Below are positions 23,901 to 36,585 of a stretch of 64,000 nt of DNA, piece after piece. Position 1 is the stretch's first letter. The number at the start of each line of letters is the position of its first letter. Position numbers and translations under genes: made by a program. The notes below the pieces were generated by a model. The model had not been told where the DNA came from. It did not search any database and saw nothing but the letters and a program-made list of their open reading frames with translations. Origin of the DNA: Zootoca vivipara (Eukaryota); the NCBI RefSeq assembly GCF_963506605.1, contig NC_083288.1, positions 43,152,001 through 43,216,000 on the forward strand, written 5' to 3'.

Positions 23901-24893
23901 ATTTTGCTGTTATGATTGCCATCACTGTCCAGAGGGGAAGGTTGCAAACCAGAAGGGTAAGAAATGCTGTGTAAACATTATATCCAGTATTTATATGTCA
24001 TGGTGCTTAGACAAGTTACCATAACATTGCAAGTTATTCATGCTTCTGGTGATGGCTGAATAAATGCCACATATTGAAAAGGATGTGTGCCATTATGGGT
24101 AGCAAGGACCATTTGCCTTTTGAGAAATCTTATGGCTCATGGGCCAGTGGTGGGCATGGCTAGAAGTACCGTAATTGTGGGGTGGAACAGGTGTATATGA
24201 AGATAAGTTATTGTAGCACATCCAGACAAAATACGGCATGATAACTCTGACCATGTGAAAGCTACTGCTGACAAAGGAATGGAGTTATTAGTACTCTGAA
24301 TCTATTACAGTATGATCACATTAAAAGCTTAACTGCATGAAAATGATGGAGCATTATATTTCAGCTTTCGGTTAAAACTATGTACTGCTGAGGACACGGG
24401 TGGCGCTGTGGTCTAAATTTATTAAGGAATTATAAACATTTATAGAATGTATATAAATACATAACAGGGATGCGGGTGGCACTGTGGGTTAAATCACAAA
24501 GCCTATGGCTTGCCGATCAGAAGGTCAGCGGTTCGAATCCCCGCGATGGGGTGAGCTCCTGTTGCTCGGTCCCAGCTCCTGCCCACCTAGCAGTTCGAAA
24601 GCATGTCAAAGTGCAAGTAGATAAATAGGTACCGCTCTGGCGGGAAGGTAAAGGGCGTTTCCGTGTGCTGCTCTGGTTCGCCAGAAGTGGCTTAGTCATG
24701 CTGGCCACATGACCTGGAAGCTGTCTACGGACAAATGCCGGCTCCCTTGGCCTATAGAGCGAGATGAGCGCTGTAACCCTAGAGTCGTCTGTGACTGGAC
24801 CTAATGGTCAGGGGTACCTTTACCTTTCTTATGTACTGCTGAGCATTGATTACTGAGATTTTCTATCTATTTATCCATCCATGCATGCATCTA

Positions 24894-24942
<49 letters not shown>

Positions 24943-25869
24943 GGAATTTCATATGTATTTCTTCCAGATATGGATGGCTGCTTCCTGTGTCCAGAGGGGC
25001 ATTATCCAAATATTAACAGGGATTTCTGCCTCCACAAAGCTATAACCTTCTTGTCTTATGAAGATTCTTTGGGGATAGGTTTGGCCATTGCTGCTCTCTC
25101 CCTTTCTTTCACTACAGCTCTGGTGCTGGGAACCTTTATGAAACACCACAAGACGCCCATTGTCAAAGCCAATAACCGGAGCCTTTCCTACACTCTCCTC
25201 ATCTCCCTCCTGCTTTCTTTCCTTTGTGCCTTTTTATTCATTGGTCGACCCAATGCGGTGACATGCCTCCTTCGACAAACCACTTTTGGGATCATCTTTT
25301 CAGTGGCAGTTTCTTGCATGTTGGCCAAAACCATCACCGTGATTCTAGCTTTCATGGCCACCAAGCCAGGATCCAAAATGAGGAAATGGATGGGGCGGAA
25401 AGTGACTGCCTCTATTGTCCTTTTGTGCTTCCTTATTCAAGTCACTATTTGCACTATCTGGCTGGCCACTTCTCCACCGTTCCCAGAATTCGACATGCAT
25501 TCAGCTATTAGTGAGACTATTGTACAATGCAATGAAGGGTCCGATGTAATGTTTTATTGTGTATTGGGCTTCATGGGTTTCTTGGCTACTGTCAGTTTCA
25601 CTGTGGCTTTCCTAGCCAGGAACCTACCAGACAGTTTCCAGGAAACTAAGTCAATTACCTTCAGCATGCTATTGTTTTGCAGTGTTTGGTTATCCTTCTT
25701 CCCTACCCACCTCAGCACCAAAGGCAAATACATGGTGGCTGTTGAGATCTTCTCTATCTTGGCCTCCAGTGCCGGATTATTGGGTTGTATCTTTTTCCCA
25801 AAATGTTACATCATTTTGCTGAGGCCTGATTTAAACAAAAAGGCACATCTAATAAAGAGAATGATTTGA
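17936..25869 (+). CDS. Vomeronasal type-2 receptor (V2R), gene C; complete, ~873 aa
   Basis: Exons 17936..18153, 20179..20470, 22029..22883, 23016..23243, 23830..23956, 24968..25869; GT-AG boundaries, exon sizes 292/228/127 as in neighbours; Venus flytrap + CRD + 7TM. Confidence 0.93.
18357..19100 (-). mobile_element. L2 3' end interrupted by an LTR-like insert
   Basis: cccagccactctgggtggct..cagggctgccttcagatgtc left; ctgggagggtgttcc..aaggccctctgcctg right. Confidence 0.75.
18508..19018 (+). mobile_element. Probable solo LTR with internal ~30-bp tandem repeats
   Basis: TG start, ends ccgtgaca; GATAAAA TATA-like box; about four degenerate gaccttcggacctccgcctcgccttgctcct units at ~18735..18860; TSD ambiguous (atgt). 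Confidence 0.55.
19474..19563. mobile_element. 90-bp hAT MITE
   Basis: 15-bp TIR catagctgccaagtt / aacttggcagctatg; 8-bp TSD atggatat. Confidence 0.9.
19788..19946. mobile_element. GC-rich hAT MITE (cagggc-type ends)
   Basis: 8-bp TSD acattgag (19780..19787, 19947..19954); ends agggcc / gccctg. Confidence 0.75.
20603..21090 (-). mobile_element. L2 LINE 3' end with (TTA)n tail
   Basis: ORF 20767..21063 [17 protein letters not shown]..; L2 3' terminus. Confidence 0.88.
21336..21972 (+). mobile_element. Possible solo LTR (left boundary uncertain)
   Basis: AATAAA at ~21905, ends cctatgaca exactly where homology to the gene D intron (gttcctaaata) resumes; no TSD identified. Confidence 0.35.
24393..24829 (+). 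mobile_element. Sauria SINE with duplicated 5' head and filler
   Basis: Full SINE ~24467..24829 ending acctttaccttt; 14-bp TSD tatgtactgctgag (24379..24392, 24830..24843). Confidence 0.88.
24895..24942. repeat. (TCTA)n microsatellite just upstream of the gene C exon-6 acceptor
   Basis: Direct reading. Confidence 0.9.
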
Positions 25870-26319
25870 CCAATGTTTTCTGCATCTTTTGCTTTGGACT
25901 GTTCTTGAGCTCACTTCCCATTGTTCTTGCTTGAATTGCTCTTTCTGCAGGGGTGGTATTAAATATTAGGAATTCTGTAACAGATCTCCTCAGAACATTT
26001 TAGGGGTTCATTGGAGAGAAGAAAATGGTCAATTGTTAAATTTTCATGATGATAATAATGACAATTGTTATGATGTTTATGATGATGATGATGATCCGGA
26101 CTGTGTTGATTTGGAGCTGTCTCCAAGTGCCTCAGGCAAAGCAGGAATCCCACCAAACGGGCATAATTTGGTTTCTGTTTCAGGCTGTGGCTGAATCTTG
26201 TGCACAGTTTACACCTTGTGTAAAACATTATGCCATTTCATCAGAAGGGCATTTCCCACCTGCCACATCTTTTCTGGTATTTTACCTTGCATCTTTTTTT
26301 CTGGCATTGTTTATGGGTC

Positions 26320-27379
26320 ATACAGTGGTTCTGCTCCTTCCTCCTGGGCCGTGTTCAGAAAGTGGTGGTGGGGGGTGAGTGTTCAGACCCCTGGGCTCTC
26401 ACCCCATGCTTTTTAACATCTATGTGTGGCCGCTGGGAGAGATCATCAGGGGGTTTGGGCTGGGTGTTCATCAGTATGCGGATGATACCCAGCTCTACAT
26501 CTCTTTCAAATCAGAACCAGTGAAGGCGGTGAAGGTCCTGTGTGTCTGGAGGCGGTAGTAGGATGGATGGTGGCTAACAGATTGAGGTTGAATCCTGACA
26601 AGACAGAAGTCCTGTTTGTGGGGGACAGGAGGTAGGCAGTTGTGGAGGATTCCCTGGTCCTAAACGGGGTAACTGTGCCCCTGAAAGACCAGGTGCACAG
26701 CCTGGGAGTCATTTTGGACTCACAGCTGTCCATGGAGGTGCAGATCAATTCTGTGTCCAGGGCAGCTGTCTATCAGCTCCATCTGGTACGCAGGCTGAGA
26801 CCCTACATGCTTGCGGACTGCCTCGCCAGAGTGGTGCATGCTCTAGTTATCTCTTGCTTGGACTACTGCAATGTGCTCACCTTTGAAGGTGACCCAGAAA
26901 CTACAACTAATCCAGAATGCGGCTAGACTGGTGACTGGGAGCAGCCACCGATACCACATAACACCGATCTTGAAAGACCTACATTGGCTCCCAGTACGTT
27001 TCCGAGCACAATTTAAATTGTTGGTGCTGAGCTTTAAAGCCCTGAACGGCCTCAGTCCAGTATACCTGAAGGAGCGTCTCCACCCCCATCGTTCTGCCCG
27101 GACACTGAGATCCAGCACCGAGGGCCTTCTGGCAGTTCCCTCACTGCGAGAAGCAAAGCTACAGGGAACCAGGCAGAGGGCCTTCTCGGTAGTGGCACCC
27201 GCCCTGTGGAACGCCCTTCCATGAGGTCAGAGAGATAAACAACTACAGTACCTGACTTTTAGAAAATACCTAAAGGCAGCCCTGTTTAGGGAAGTTTTTG
27301 ATCTGTGATATTTGATGTATTTTAATGTTTGTTGGAAGCCGCTCAGAGTGGCAGGGGAAGCCCAACCAATACATTCTTT

Positions 27380-27423
<44 letters not shown>

Positions 27424-27427
27424 TTTG
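26320..27427 (+). mobile_element. L2 LINE, 5'-truncated, with (TTTA)n tail
   Basis: [28 protein letters not shown]; highly similar to 5216..6430. Confidence 0.88.
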
Positions 27428-27840
27428 CATCTTTTGCTAATCCACTGCAGTGAATCAGCGAAACTTTCTATGGACTCACAGCAAACATATTTTATTCTGC
27501 TTTGTTCTATACTGTGTCTAACTCTGAGCATGCAGTTATCTCCCCTATAATTATTCCAAATTAACTGTTATTGATTTGACTTCATCCTCATGCCCCAAAG
27601 GAGTCCCGGTTGCCAACTGTAAAAAGGTAGAAGAATGCCATTAACACACCCTGGTGTATTCAGAACCTGGACTTGGTGAAGTCAGGACTCCATTATTTTG
27701 ATAACTAATACTTCATCCCCACTTCAAACCGTAGCATAAAACACTGATTTTGCGGTTGTTATTGAGGACTATGCTCAGAGGCACTCGAAGGACAATGTGG
27801 GAACAGTTGAAGGTTTCAGGAACGATTGGCATTGTACAGG

Positions 27841-28537
27841 ATGCTGACATTTGTGGTGTTGGGATTACTGTTCCTCCCTCAAACAGTAAGCAGGACATCT
27901 CCTGTTAAATGCGCAACGAGTGAGCCTATTCCTATTCTTCACAAGTATTTTCAGTCAGGGGAGCTCACTATTGCTGGCATAATTTCTCAGATCTACATCC
28001 TTTATGATCCAATCAAATTTGAAAGACATCCCTATCAGGAGCTTATTGATGATTTCATGTAAGGAACCGAGTCTGTTTGCCTTCCCATGCCTTTTTCCAA
28101 GTAATATTTTGTAATATTTTGGAGTAGTGTGGTTTGGCATTTACTGCAATAGAGCGGAGGCTTACTTAAACAAATTCATTTATGTGTTGGAGTTATAAAC
28201 TACTTAATGAAAAGTTCTGTAATACTGTACATAATAAAAATCAGCATATCTAAATAATATTGTGAGGGCCATATGCAAGAGCTGGGGTGACCTTGCTGTC
28301 TCTGAATAAGCAGAAAGAATATATTCTGTAATCATATAAAACAGTGCAATGAAGGTGTCCGCCTAATATTAAAAGGCAGCACATTCTAAAGCACAATTGC
28401 TATCACATGGATGATAAACTCCTACTCGGAAATGCAGAAAGAGTATTATATCACATTTGTAAATTTGCAGGTTCCTACCAATGCATCCTTCTTTGTTCAA
28501 AAAGGTTTCCAAACTTTGCTATGCTACATGTAATTGC

Positions 28538-28598
<61 letters not shown>

Positions 28599-31500
28599 TC
28601 TGTAGTAGCTGAGGTACATGTATCACCATTATCAAAGAAACAGTCCATATACCTAGCACACCACATATGCATATAGATGCATTTATTAACACACAATCTT
28701 GTGCGAACAGAACGAGAATATCCACAGCCAAACACTCTGTGCTCATTAATGAAACTGACCCACTTCACAGAGAAAGTGCCATGTCAGTTGTGAACACATC
28801 CCTGTTTGTCATTCAATCCAAAATCAGCTGCATCTGCTTTCTATATAATAAGTAAGAACCGTATCTGTGACAGTACCCCTGTGAGTTAAAGGTAAAGGAA
28901 AAGGTACCCCTGACCGTTAGGTCTAGTCGCGAATGACTCTGGGGTTGCGGAGCTCATCTCACTCTATAAGCCGAGGGAGCCGGTGTTTCTCCGCAGACAG
29001 CTTCCGTGTCATGTGGCAAGCATGACTAAGCTGTTTCTGGCGAACCAGAGCAGCACACGGAAACACTGTTTACCTTCCCGTCAGAGCGGTACCTATTATC
29101 TACTTGCACTTGATGTGCTTTCAAACTGCTGCATGGGCAGGAGCTGGGACTGAACCATAGGAGCTCACCCTGTTGCGGGGATTTGAACCGCCGACCTTCT
29201 GATTGGCAAGCCCTAGACTCTGTGGTTTAGACCACAGCGCCACCTGCATCCCTCTGACCCCTGTGAATTAGTGAGTAGTAATTGTATTGAACATATGGGC
29301 CAATATGCTTCCAAACTAGTGGATCTGGGCCAATGTTATTTCCATTGAGCTGGGGCGTACAATCTTTCTTAATGCAATTATGCTTAGCAAACATATGTTG
29401 AATAGAAATGGCTACTATTCCCCCCCCCTCTGAAATTGCCGCAGTCTTGCATTTCATGTGATCCTCATTTCAGGCTACTGACACAGAACTACCAGCACGT
29501 TTTGGCCTTGGTATTTGCAGTGAAGGAGATCAACGACAACCCCCAAATCTTACCCAACATCACTCTTGGCTTTGACATCTATAATCATTACTTTAATCCA
29601 CAATTCACAAGTCTGGCAGCATCAAAAGTTCTCTCCACACATGACAAATTCATCCCTAACTACAAATGTGATGTCGAGAACAATCTGGTAACTGTCATTG
29701 GGGGACCCAATTCCAACATCATTGGACATATTGCAACCATACTGGGCATCTACAAGTTTCCACAAGTAAGGCATGTACATGGGGATTATGTTGAAATGAA
29801 AATTTAGAACTTAGAAGTGGAAAATGATGTGATTGAAATTAAGAAAGACACTATGCATGCTGCTTAAACATCAAATTCTGAGTGAGCAATCTCAATTTGG
29901 CAATTTGATTTCTTTCTCATATGTATAGCCTCTGATACAAAATGGGAAATAATTTCAGAACACATGGTAAATAGCCTAGTTGGCTGGATTCTAAAAACTT
30001 CCAACAGTTACATAATAGAACAATATGACAGATTGTGATTCCACAAAATGAATAGGTTGTATGCAATTCAAGTTTACACAGAGTAGATTCGTCATAATTA
30101 ATGAAAGTCACTAATGCAGATCTATTTATTTCTATGGAACTGCCCTGAGCAAAGCATAACTGCATACAACTCTGGTTACTTATTTACAAATGAAATGTCA
30201 GAACAACAGGGTTGGAGTGAGGATGGCGGAAGAGAGAAATAAATTCTACCTGAAAGAAACTACTGGGAGCCAGACTGATAGTCTTTGGATTTGTGTGAAG
30301 TTGCCCCACCTAATAAGTCATGGGACTGCAGTTTACAGGATCTCCTTTGTCAGTGACTTCTCTCAGTCTGTGGACTGAATCTGTCCACCATGACTGTCTA
30401 GTGAATCAGTCTGTGGCCATTAGTGCTTTGAGCAAAAAGAGTATTGATCAGCTTCACTGTGTTCTTGTACCTCTCAAAAACATGAGTTACATTCGTTTCA
30501 GGTATAAAGGTAAAGGTAAAGGGATCCCTGACCATTATGTCCAGTCGTGACCGACTTTGGGGTTACGGTGCTCATCTCACATTATTGGCCAAGGGAGCTG
30601 GCATACAGCTTCCAGGTCATGTGGCCAGCATGACAAAGCCGCTTCTGGTGAACTAGAGCAGCGCACGGAAACACCTTTTACCTTCCCATTGGAGCGGTAC
30701 CTATTTATCTACTTGCACTTTGATGTGCTTTCAAACTGCTAGGTTGGCAGGAGCTGGGTCCAAGCAACGGGAGCTCACCCTGTCGCGGGGAATCGAACCA
30801 CCAACCTTCTGATCGGCAAGCCCTAGACTCTCTGGTTTAGACCACAGAGCCACCCGCGTCCTCTAACCCCTGTGAGTTAGTGAGTAGTAATTGTATTGAA
30901 CATATGGGTCAATAAACTTCCCAACTAGTGGATCTGGCCAATGTTATTTCCATTGAGCTGGGGCGTACAATCTTTCTTAATGCAATTATGCTTAGCAAAC
31001 ATATGTTGAATAGAAATGGCTACTATTTTGGCCTTCTGATTGGCAAGCCCTAGGCTCTGTGGTTTAACCCACAGCACCATCCGCGTCCTCCATTTCAGGG
31101 ATAGGTTGAGATAATTAGAGAAAGGAAGGTTTGCATACACTATTTGTCCTTTAAATAGATCTCTTACATGGCCTCTGGGCACAATCTTGGTCTCCTTTTA
31201 AGTCACTCACACTTGTCAGGCAGCATATCAGCCTCCCAACATAGGCAGTGGTTTTTTCAGAGCATCAGAGGTCAATACTCTTGTTGCTAGAGTGAATTTT
31301 TACAGCTAAGATTTATGCCTTGGTTATAACCAAGCAACATGTAATCATCTCTGTCAGTGAGCTGCTGACAAAAGACGGTCAGTCTGCCCTGATATCCTCT
31401 CCAGAACTATGTCTTGCCCTCCAGTTGTGGCTTCCTTCCTCCACTTTGATCCCCAAGGATAACTCTTGGTTCCTCTTTCCTGCCCTGACTCAATCCTATT

Positions 31501-34500
31501 GACTCCAACCTGCCATGTCTCTAGCCTTTCCCCCTGTATCTCTATTTAGTTTTCTATTCATACATCCAGCCTCAATGCTTCATGATGGCTTATGAAACCT
31601 TCCTGAGGAACACTTCAGTCAGTAGAGCAGGAAACTCTTAATCTCGGGGTTTGTGGGTTCGAGCCCCATATTGGGCAACATATTCCTGCATTACAGGGGG
31701 TTGGACTAGATGCTCCTCATTGTCCCTCCCAACTATAAAAATCTAGGGTTCTTTGATTCTATGAATATATGCTGAAGACAGGAAAAAATATTTTGGAACT
31801 GACCTGATGCTTTCAAGATAGTACCAGATTTTGATAATACACATACGCAGAAGGGCTGCGGCTCCGTCACAGAGCATCTGTCTTGCATGTGGAACACCCC
31901 AGGTTCAATCCCCCAGCTTCTCCTTGTAGGGCAGGGAGAGACCTTTGCCCAAAGTCCTACAGAGCTGCTGCTTCTCATTGTAGATAAAGCTAAGTGAAAT
32001 GGACCAATGCATGGCTCAACAGAAGGCAGCTTCCTATGTTCCTAAATAACACCACTTCCCACCTGCTCCTTTTTTAAAATTTCTTTTCTTTAGCTGATAT
32101 ATGCCTCTGCTTCAGAGACAAATAACAAGGCTGAAGATGCTTTCTTCCACTGGATGTTCCCAAATGGGGCCCATCAATATAGGGGGATCCTCCAGTTATT
32201 GTTGCATTTCAGGTGGACATGGATTGGAGTGCTTTACCTTGATGTGGACAGTTCTAAGATATTTGTACAGAATGTGCTTTCCACGTTTGCCGATAATGGG
32301 ATTTGCTTTGGCTTCATCAGAACCATACCAGATATAGGGTTTTCTAATCAACTCCATGAAATGGCAGAGAAGGCATGTGAGGTTATAAATATTACCATGG
32401 AAAGCAAAGCCAATGCAGTGATCTTCCATGGTGACTTTCAGGCAATGTTAAACTTAAGAATCTTGCTCAGGTTCTCACAATTTGAGGATGTACCAGTGAA
32501 GATGAAGGTCTGGATTATGACAGCAGATGTGGATTTCACATCAATTCCCGTTCAAAGAAGCTGGGACATTCATTTCATCCATGGCTCTGTAACCCTTGCA
32601 GTCTCCTCAAAGGAGGTGGCAGGGTTCCAGGAATTTCTGCAAATGAGGAACCCAACACTGGAAAAAGAGGATGGTTTCCTGTGGGACTTCTGGCAAAAGG
32701 TATTTGATTGCTTGCTCCCTAGCTCTGATGAAGATAAGAGGGATGGAAATAACTGCACTGGGGAAGAGAAACTGGAGTCTCTTCCTGGGTCTGTTTTTGA
32801 AATGCGCATGACTGCCCACAGCTACAGCATCTACAATGCCATCTATGCTGTGGCACATGCTTTGCATGCCATGTATTCTTCCATATCAAAGTGCAGGACA
32901 GTGATGAATGGAAATAGATGGAAGGACCAGAATAAGAAGTCATGGCAGGTAATCCTATTCAGTGTGATCCAATAACCTGAGATTTCAACTTGCATGATAT
33001 TCCGCTCCTCGGAACAGGGACATGCAAACATATCTCAAATGACAACAATTTGCATCTAAATATGTATGTTTGCATCTCTTATTTTCCTTTTCAGCTTCCC
33101 CACTTTCTGAGAAGCACCCCATTTAACAACAGTGCTGGAGATGAGGTTTCCTTCGACCTTAATGGGGAATTAGTAGCTGGATTTGATATTATCAACTGGG
33201 TGACATTCACAAACCAGTCCTTCCTTAGAGCAAAAGTTGGGAGGATAGATCCTCAGGCACACTCAGAGAATCTGTTCACCATTTCTGAAGATGCCATCAT
33301 ATGGCCCAGCAGGTTCAACCAGGTAGGACTCATGTGTACTTAAACACATACTGTATATTCCTGCGTATAAGACTACTTTTTAACCCAGGAAAATCTTCTC
33401 AAAAGTCGGGGGTCGTCTTATATGTTGGGTCGTATTTCTTATACGACGAGTATATCCCAAACACTACCGGTATATTTTAACTGGAAGAGTTGGGGGTCGT
33501 CTTATACGCCCAGTCGTCTTATACACCAGAATATACGGTAATTAAATACCTGGGCAATATTCAAAAATGTTTCAGACATGGAAATAGGTCTGTTTTGTGT
33601 ATAATGCTTCCTGCTTTCTATCATGTGGGCTCCTTTGGAAGGAAGGGGAAAATATTGTTTAAATAAATAATTAAGTAAATCAACCCCGATTTCCATCTAC
33701 TGATTCAATTTGGTATCTAAGGCACCTGTTTTTTCCAAGAACGCCATGGAAACAGGTACATATTTAGCAACCACCAATGTCAAAGGACAAATCTGAAAAC
33801 AAAATTGTACAGCAGCCTTCACCAACTCATGCCTTCTGATGATGATCCTGATGAAATGATGAGAATTGACATCTAAAATATCTGAAGGCCACCGGGTTGG
33901 TGAAGGTTGCTGTAAAGCATAATATTATAATGCTGAGTAAGAAAAAAACATATCCAATTAAAGATAAGTCAAAAGATTGGAAACAACGTTTCATTTTTCA
34001 TGTTCTGAAATAAATTTTAAAAATCAATATCCTCAGTTTCACATATTTTGCCTTTGATGAACGTCATCTTAATTTTTTGTCAGGCACACCCTCTTTCAGT
34101 GTGTAATGACAATTGCCTTCCCGGTTATCACAAGACAAAGAAGGAAGGGAAACCATTTTGCTGTTATGATTGTCATCCCTGTCCAGACGGGAAGATTGCA
34201 AACCAGAAGGGTAAGAAAAGCCGTGTCCATATTATACCCATCATATATACTTCAAGGTGTATGGTCATTTTTGGCTCAGCACCAGCAGTTTCATACTATG
34301 TACAACTTAAAGGTAAAGGGACACCGGACCATTAGGTCCAGTCGTGACCGACTTTGGGGTTGCGACGCTCATCTCATGTTATTGGCTGTGGGAGCCAGCG
34401 TACAGCTTCCAGGTCATGCGGCCAGCATGACAAAGCCGCTTCTGGCGAACCAGAACAGCACACGGAAATGCCATTTACCTTCCCGCTGTAGCGGTACCTA

Positions 34501-35638
34501 TTTATCTACTTGCACTTTGACGTGTTTTCAAACTGCTAGGTTGGCAGGAGCTGGGACCGAGCAACGGGAGCTCACTCTGTCGCAGGGATTCGAACCGTCG
34601 ACCTAGGCTCTAGGCTCTGTGGTTTAACCCACAGCGTCACCTGCGTACTCAGATGCTATATACAGGATGTGTGGGTGTGGATGAGTGTACACATAAGTAC
34701 GTATTTATTCAGGAATTTCACATTAATTTCTTCCAGATATGGATAGCTGCTTTCAGTGTCCAGAGAGCCATTATCCAAATATTAACAGGGATTTCTGCCT
34801 CCCAAAAACGATAACCTTCTTATCTTATGAAGAACCTTTGGGGATAGGTTTGGCCATTGCTGCTCTCTCCCTTTCTTTCAGTACAGCTCTGGTGCTGGGA
34901 ACCTTTATGAAACACCACAAGACGCCCATTGTCAAAGCCAATAACCAGAGCCTTTCCTACACTCTCCTCGTCTCCCTCCTGCTTTCTTTCCTTTGTGCCT
35001 TTTTATTCATTGGTCGACCCAATGTGGTGACATGCCTCATTCGACAAACCACTTTTGGGATCATTTTTTCAGTGGCAGTTTCTTGCATGTTGGCCAAAAC
35101 CATCACCGTGATTCTAGCTTTCATGGCCACCAAGCCAGGATCCAAAATGAGGAAATGGATGGGGAGGAAAGTGACTGCCTCTATTGTCCTTTCATGCTTC
35201 CTTATTCAAGTCACTCTTTGCAGTATCTGGCTGGCCACTTCTCCACCGTTCCCAGAATTCGACATGCATTCAGCTATTAGTGAGACTATTGTACAATGCA
35301 ATGAAGGGTCCGATGTAATGTTTTATTGTGTATTGGGCTTCATGGGTTTCTTGGCTACTGTCAGTTTCACTGTGGCTTTCCTAGCCAGGAACCTACCAGA
35401 CAGTTTCCAGGAAACTAAGTCAATCACCTTCAGCATGCTATTGTTTTGCAGTGTTTGGTTATCCTTCTTCCCTACCCACCTCAGCACCAAAGGCAAATAC
35501 ATGGTGGCTGTTGAGATCTTCTCCATCTTGGCCTCCAGTGCCGGATTATTGGGTTGCATCTTTTTCCCAAAATGTTACATCATTTTGCTGAGGCCTGATT
35601 TGAACAAAAAGGCACATCTAATAAAAAGAATATGTTAA
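27841..35638 (+). CDS. Vomeronasal type-2 receptor (V2R), gene D; complete, ~873 aa, close paralog of gene C
   Basis: Exons 27841..28058, 29474..29765, 32094..32948, 33095..33322, 34084..34210, 34737..35638; in frame, GT-AG. Confidence 0.93.
28537..28598. repeat. (CAA)n microsatellite
   Basis: About 20 perfect units. Confidence 0.92.
28889..29253 (-). mobile_element. Sauria SINE
   Basis: Full length; TSD acccctgtga(g/a)tta at 28875..28888 and 29257..29270. Confidence 0.88.
30507..31090 (-). mobile_element. Sauria SINE containing a copied segment of the neighbouring SINE locus
   Basis: SINE 30507..30860, 167-bp unique-sequence copy, second head 31031..31090; TSD tttcagg(t/g)ata at 30496..30506 and 31093..31103. 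Confidence 0.8.
31612..31745 (+). mobile_element. tRNA-Lys(CTT)-derived SINE with CR1-type tail
   Basis: tcagtcagtagagcaggaaactcttaatctcggggtttgtgggttcgagccccatattgggc resembles tRNA-Lys; followed by gggggttggactagatg..tcccaact CR1 3' end. Confidence 0.75.
31848..32043 (+). mobile_element. Old tRNA-derived SINE (related copies ~38060..38256, ~39654..39830, ~51585..51690)
   Basis: A/B-box-like agagca..ccaggttcaatccc, shared body gagctgctg..aatggacca..gcagcttcctatgttcct. Confidence 0.6.
33351..33538. mobile_element. Tc1/mariner-pogo MITE
   Basis: TA flanks; TIRs ctgtatattcctgcgtataagac / gtcttatacaccagaatatacgg; absent from the homologous gene C intron. Confidence 0.8.
34309..34648 (-). mobile_element. 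Sauria SINE
   Basis: aaaggtaaaggg tail to acagcgtcacctgcgt head. Confidence 0.85.
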
Positions 35639-36264
35639 AAAAAATCTGTTGTCTTCTGTGATTGAAAGCTACTGTACGTTATTTAAGCTTTTATAAGATT
35701 TCTCATACTGTAGAGAAATGTAGAGAAACTACGAAGCACATCCCCACATCCAGAAATTTGAGGGATAACTTTTTTTGTTGGGGGGGGGGAGAAAGACAGG
35801 GATTTTGGCTATGAAGTTTAAATGGTAGGGTTCCCCCCCTCAAACAGCATATTGTTTCATCTTCTGTAGAACCGCGGTATGGTCCCCTTTTCATTTTAAG
35901 GGCCACAGTGGCTTTTTAGGTAACCTTCAAGAGGAAATACCAGTCGTTGAAGTAATGAATGTAAAATGAAATGAGTGTGTATTTCCCAATAGCTTGTGAT
36001 CCAGGTGTATGTGAATGCATGGGAGTTATTCTCAGAACTTTCGTCTGAAGTCCGCTTATTTATTTATTAGATTTATATACCGCCTTTCGTCATGAAATCT
36101 CAGGGCAATTCACAATAGTAAACCGCCTTTCCTTTCACAATAGTAAATATTAACACTGGAACCACAGTTGTGTCCAAATTAACAGATGGCAATGCCATTT
36201 TGCTGGATAATTCAGGAATAACCTTTTTCACATGTGATCCCACACATTAGAAAAGAATGTCTTT

Positions 36265-36585
36265 CATAGCTGCCAAGTCTCCCGTATTCCCCAGGAAACC
36301 CCCGTTTTTCCAGCCATTTCCCGCTGGCAGCCCGGATTTTTTTAAAAAACCCATAAATCCCCTGGATTCTTACCGGCCCGGGGAGGCTCCTTCTGAGCAT
36401 GTCTGGAGTCTCTGGACATGCGCAGAAGCGATTTCTGGCACTGCGGCCATTTTGGAAATGGGCAGAGCATGCGTAGAAGCGACTTCCGGTGCTGCTCTGC
36501 CCAGTTCCAAAATGGCCGCAGCACGACTTCCGGTGCCGCACCGCTGCCAATCCCAGATTTTTCAATCTGGGAGTTGGCACCTATG
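36265..36585. mobile_element. hAT non-autonomous element (321 bp), same TIR family as the 90-bp MITEs
   Basis: Ends catagctgccaagtctccc / gggagttggcacctatg; 8-bp TSD atgtcttt / acgtcttt. Confidence 0.8.

Noticed and set aside
28407-28768. Poly-T/V/L ORFs (also the CVCV/HTHT ORFs at 47520..47756 and 56269..56663)
   Set aside because: Produced by microsatellites.
31612-31678. Possible tRNA-Lys(CTT) gene
   Set aside because: Acceptor stem is degraded and it is fused to a CR1-type tail, so it is a SINE head.
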